A stretch of 63,686 nucleotides of DNA, the filler included, from Choristocarpus tenellus KU-1152 (taxonomy: Eukaryota > Protista > Phaeophyceae), in assembly GCA_964200185.2 (NCBI GenBank). It is 12 parts of 12 records of this genome, joined end to end, with 100 filler letters (N's around TTAATTAATTAA, not from the genome) between each part and the next. Parts side by side here need not be neighbours in the genome. Positions count along the whole stretch, not along the records: positions 59,800 to 63,686 come from CAXNAD020017361.1; 11 more parts are not named here. The stretch is one strand, 5' to 3'. Positions 62,486 through 63,686 of this stretch are shown piece after piece. The notes beneath the pieces were generated by a model, which was not told the origin of the DNA, ran no database searches, and was given only the letters and a program-made list of their open reading frames with translations. Every line of letters begins with the position of its first letter. Within the stretch, counting starts at the first letter, position 1. Both the position numbers and the translations under genes were made by a program.

Positions 62486-63203
62486 TGTTACACGTGAATA
62501 GCGCGAACATTTTCTTCTTATGTTTCAGGAAATACGAACATTTGTAACAGATGTATAGTGTGAGGATTGCTTATCGAGTTCTGACAAGTACGAACAATAT
62601 ATGATATTAGTAACACATAGGTAGCCTTACAGGATAAGTAAATATTTTGATAGGAGATGCAGAGTAAGATTTGAAATTCAAATATAATCTTACAGAATAG
62701 GTGTCAATTCCTGGAAGATGCAGAGTAAAGATTCATGATTGAAGTATCTACTTAGCAGTTTGCAGACTTCATCTAACTCTTTGTCTGTAAAAAATTGGTG
62801 GATGATGCTAATAGAAGGCTGATGTAGACTACCACGCTCTCAGACCTTTTTGATTGAGGCCAAAGGTATCTGAGGGGGGGTGGTGGCTCCATTTCGGGTC
62901 AATTTTTTCATGTCGCGATTTTTGGGTGGTTTGGGTTGCGTATGTCTGATGGATAATGTAAATGCACTTTTTCTGATTTGGGGTCAAATGGACACCCTAG
63001 TGTAGACCCCTCCTCCCCCCCGAGATACTTTTAGTCTTGAACCTCTTTTGATAAAGCGAAAGCGAGACATCAACTGAGCTAAACATCAAGCTGACACCGT
63101 ACATCGTTATCATCTGTGGACCTACCTCGTAGCGTCGTTTTTAAGGTCGTTGGATTTGAGTTGTACATCCTGTGGAGGCGAGTTCTGAGGGGTGCCTGTA
63201 ACA
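62486..63203 (+). mobile_element. Solo LTR (about 535 bp net of the nested MITE), 4-bp TSD TGTA
   Basis: 7-bp inverted ends TGTTACA ... TGTAACA, with TGTA at 62482-62485 and 63204-63207. The 5' end is shared with 19537/24899 and the 3' end with about 9350-9412. Confidence 0.75.
62858..63036 (+). mobile_element. MITE family D (179 bp), TSD TTGA, nested in the solo LTR
   Basis: GGCCAAAGGTATCTGAGGGGGGG ... CCCCCGAGATACTTTTAGTC. Confidence 0.85.
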
Positions 63204-63686
63204 TGTATGCTTGAATTATTCAGGAAACACACACAAAAGCACCATATGATTGATTCTATCCTATACCAGCTAGATGCATGGAAAGCCGTTGCCTTGACAA
63301 TATATATTTTAATTCATTGAGTGTGTCTCCCCTCATTGGCCAGGTGTCTATAGGCCGGTGAATTCAGAGGGCCATGTGTTTGCAGCCAAGGTGGGCTTTG
63401 GGTTGTGGCCACTGTGGTTCTTTGCCCAGCTGAGTCAAAACTTCGCTCTACTAAGGACAAGGTGTGGGGGGATACGGTTGGGGTTGAGGGTTAGTGTTAG
63501 TGTCTGGGATAAACAATGACTGTGCTGCACTCCTTCTTATGATGATGCTTGTGAAGATAATGTGATACCACAAGGGACTACTCTGTACCTGCATTGGTGG
63601 AATAGTGACATCTCAACTAGTGTGAAGCAAGAAATAGTTCTACTAGGATCAAAGTATCTGGGAGGGGGTGGCGGCTGTCCATTTGG

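Overview
Eukaryotic, intron-rich and transposon-rich nuclear DNA. It is probably from a brown alga or a close stramenopile relative (inferred from TTAGGG repeats, GT-AG introns mostly 0.2-1.2 kb, and RTE/CRE retroelement motifs like those of Ectocarpus). The window is not one contiguous locus: 12 contigs are joined by eleven 100-bp artificial linkers (N44-TTAATTAATTAA-N44). Most ORFs in the supplied track are spurious, and the real coding sequence appears only after manual splicing. It comprises (1) an 8-exon Sola/DUF7869-type DDD transposase pseudogene (452-5482), (2) a Copia RT-RNaseH with PPT and 3' LTR, cut by a different LTR, (3) a 4-exon WW-domain/Pro-rich/Cys-tail gene, (4) a tRNA-Leu(CAG), (5) a CPBP/Abi protease exon, (6) RTE and CRE-type LINE remnants, and (7) an 8-exon gene fusing a GT-A glycosyltransferase-like C-terminus to a bacterial/phage-type class I SAM methyltransferase (49778-56534). 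The most striking structure is a set of about 30 non-autonomous TIR elements. They fall into four families (A-D) with unrelated interiors but a shared three-box terminus. Families A and D show both 3-bp and 4-bp target duplications, three families converge on about 260 bp, and copies repeatedly nest in one another. A telomere-repeat/spacer satellite and a hairpin-bearing ~85-bp tandem repeat mark one compositionally odd contig.
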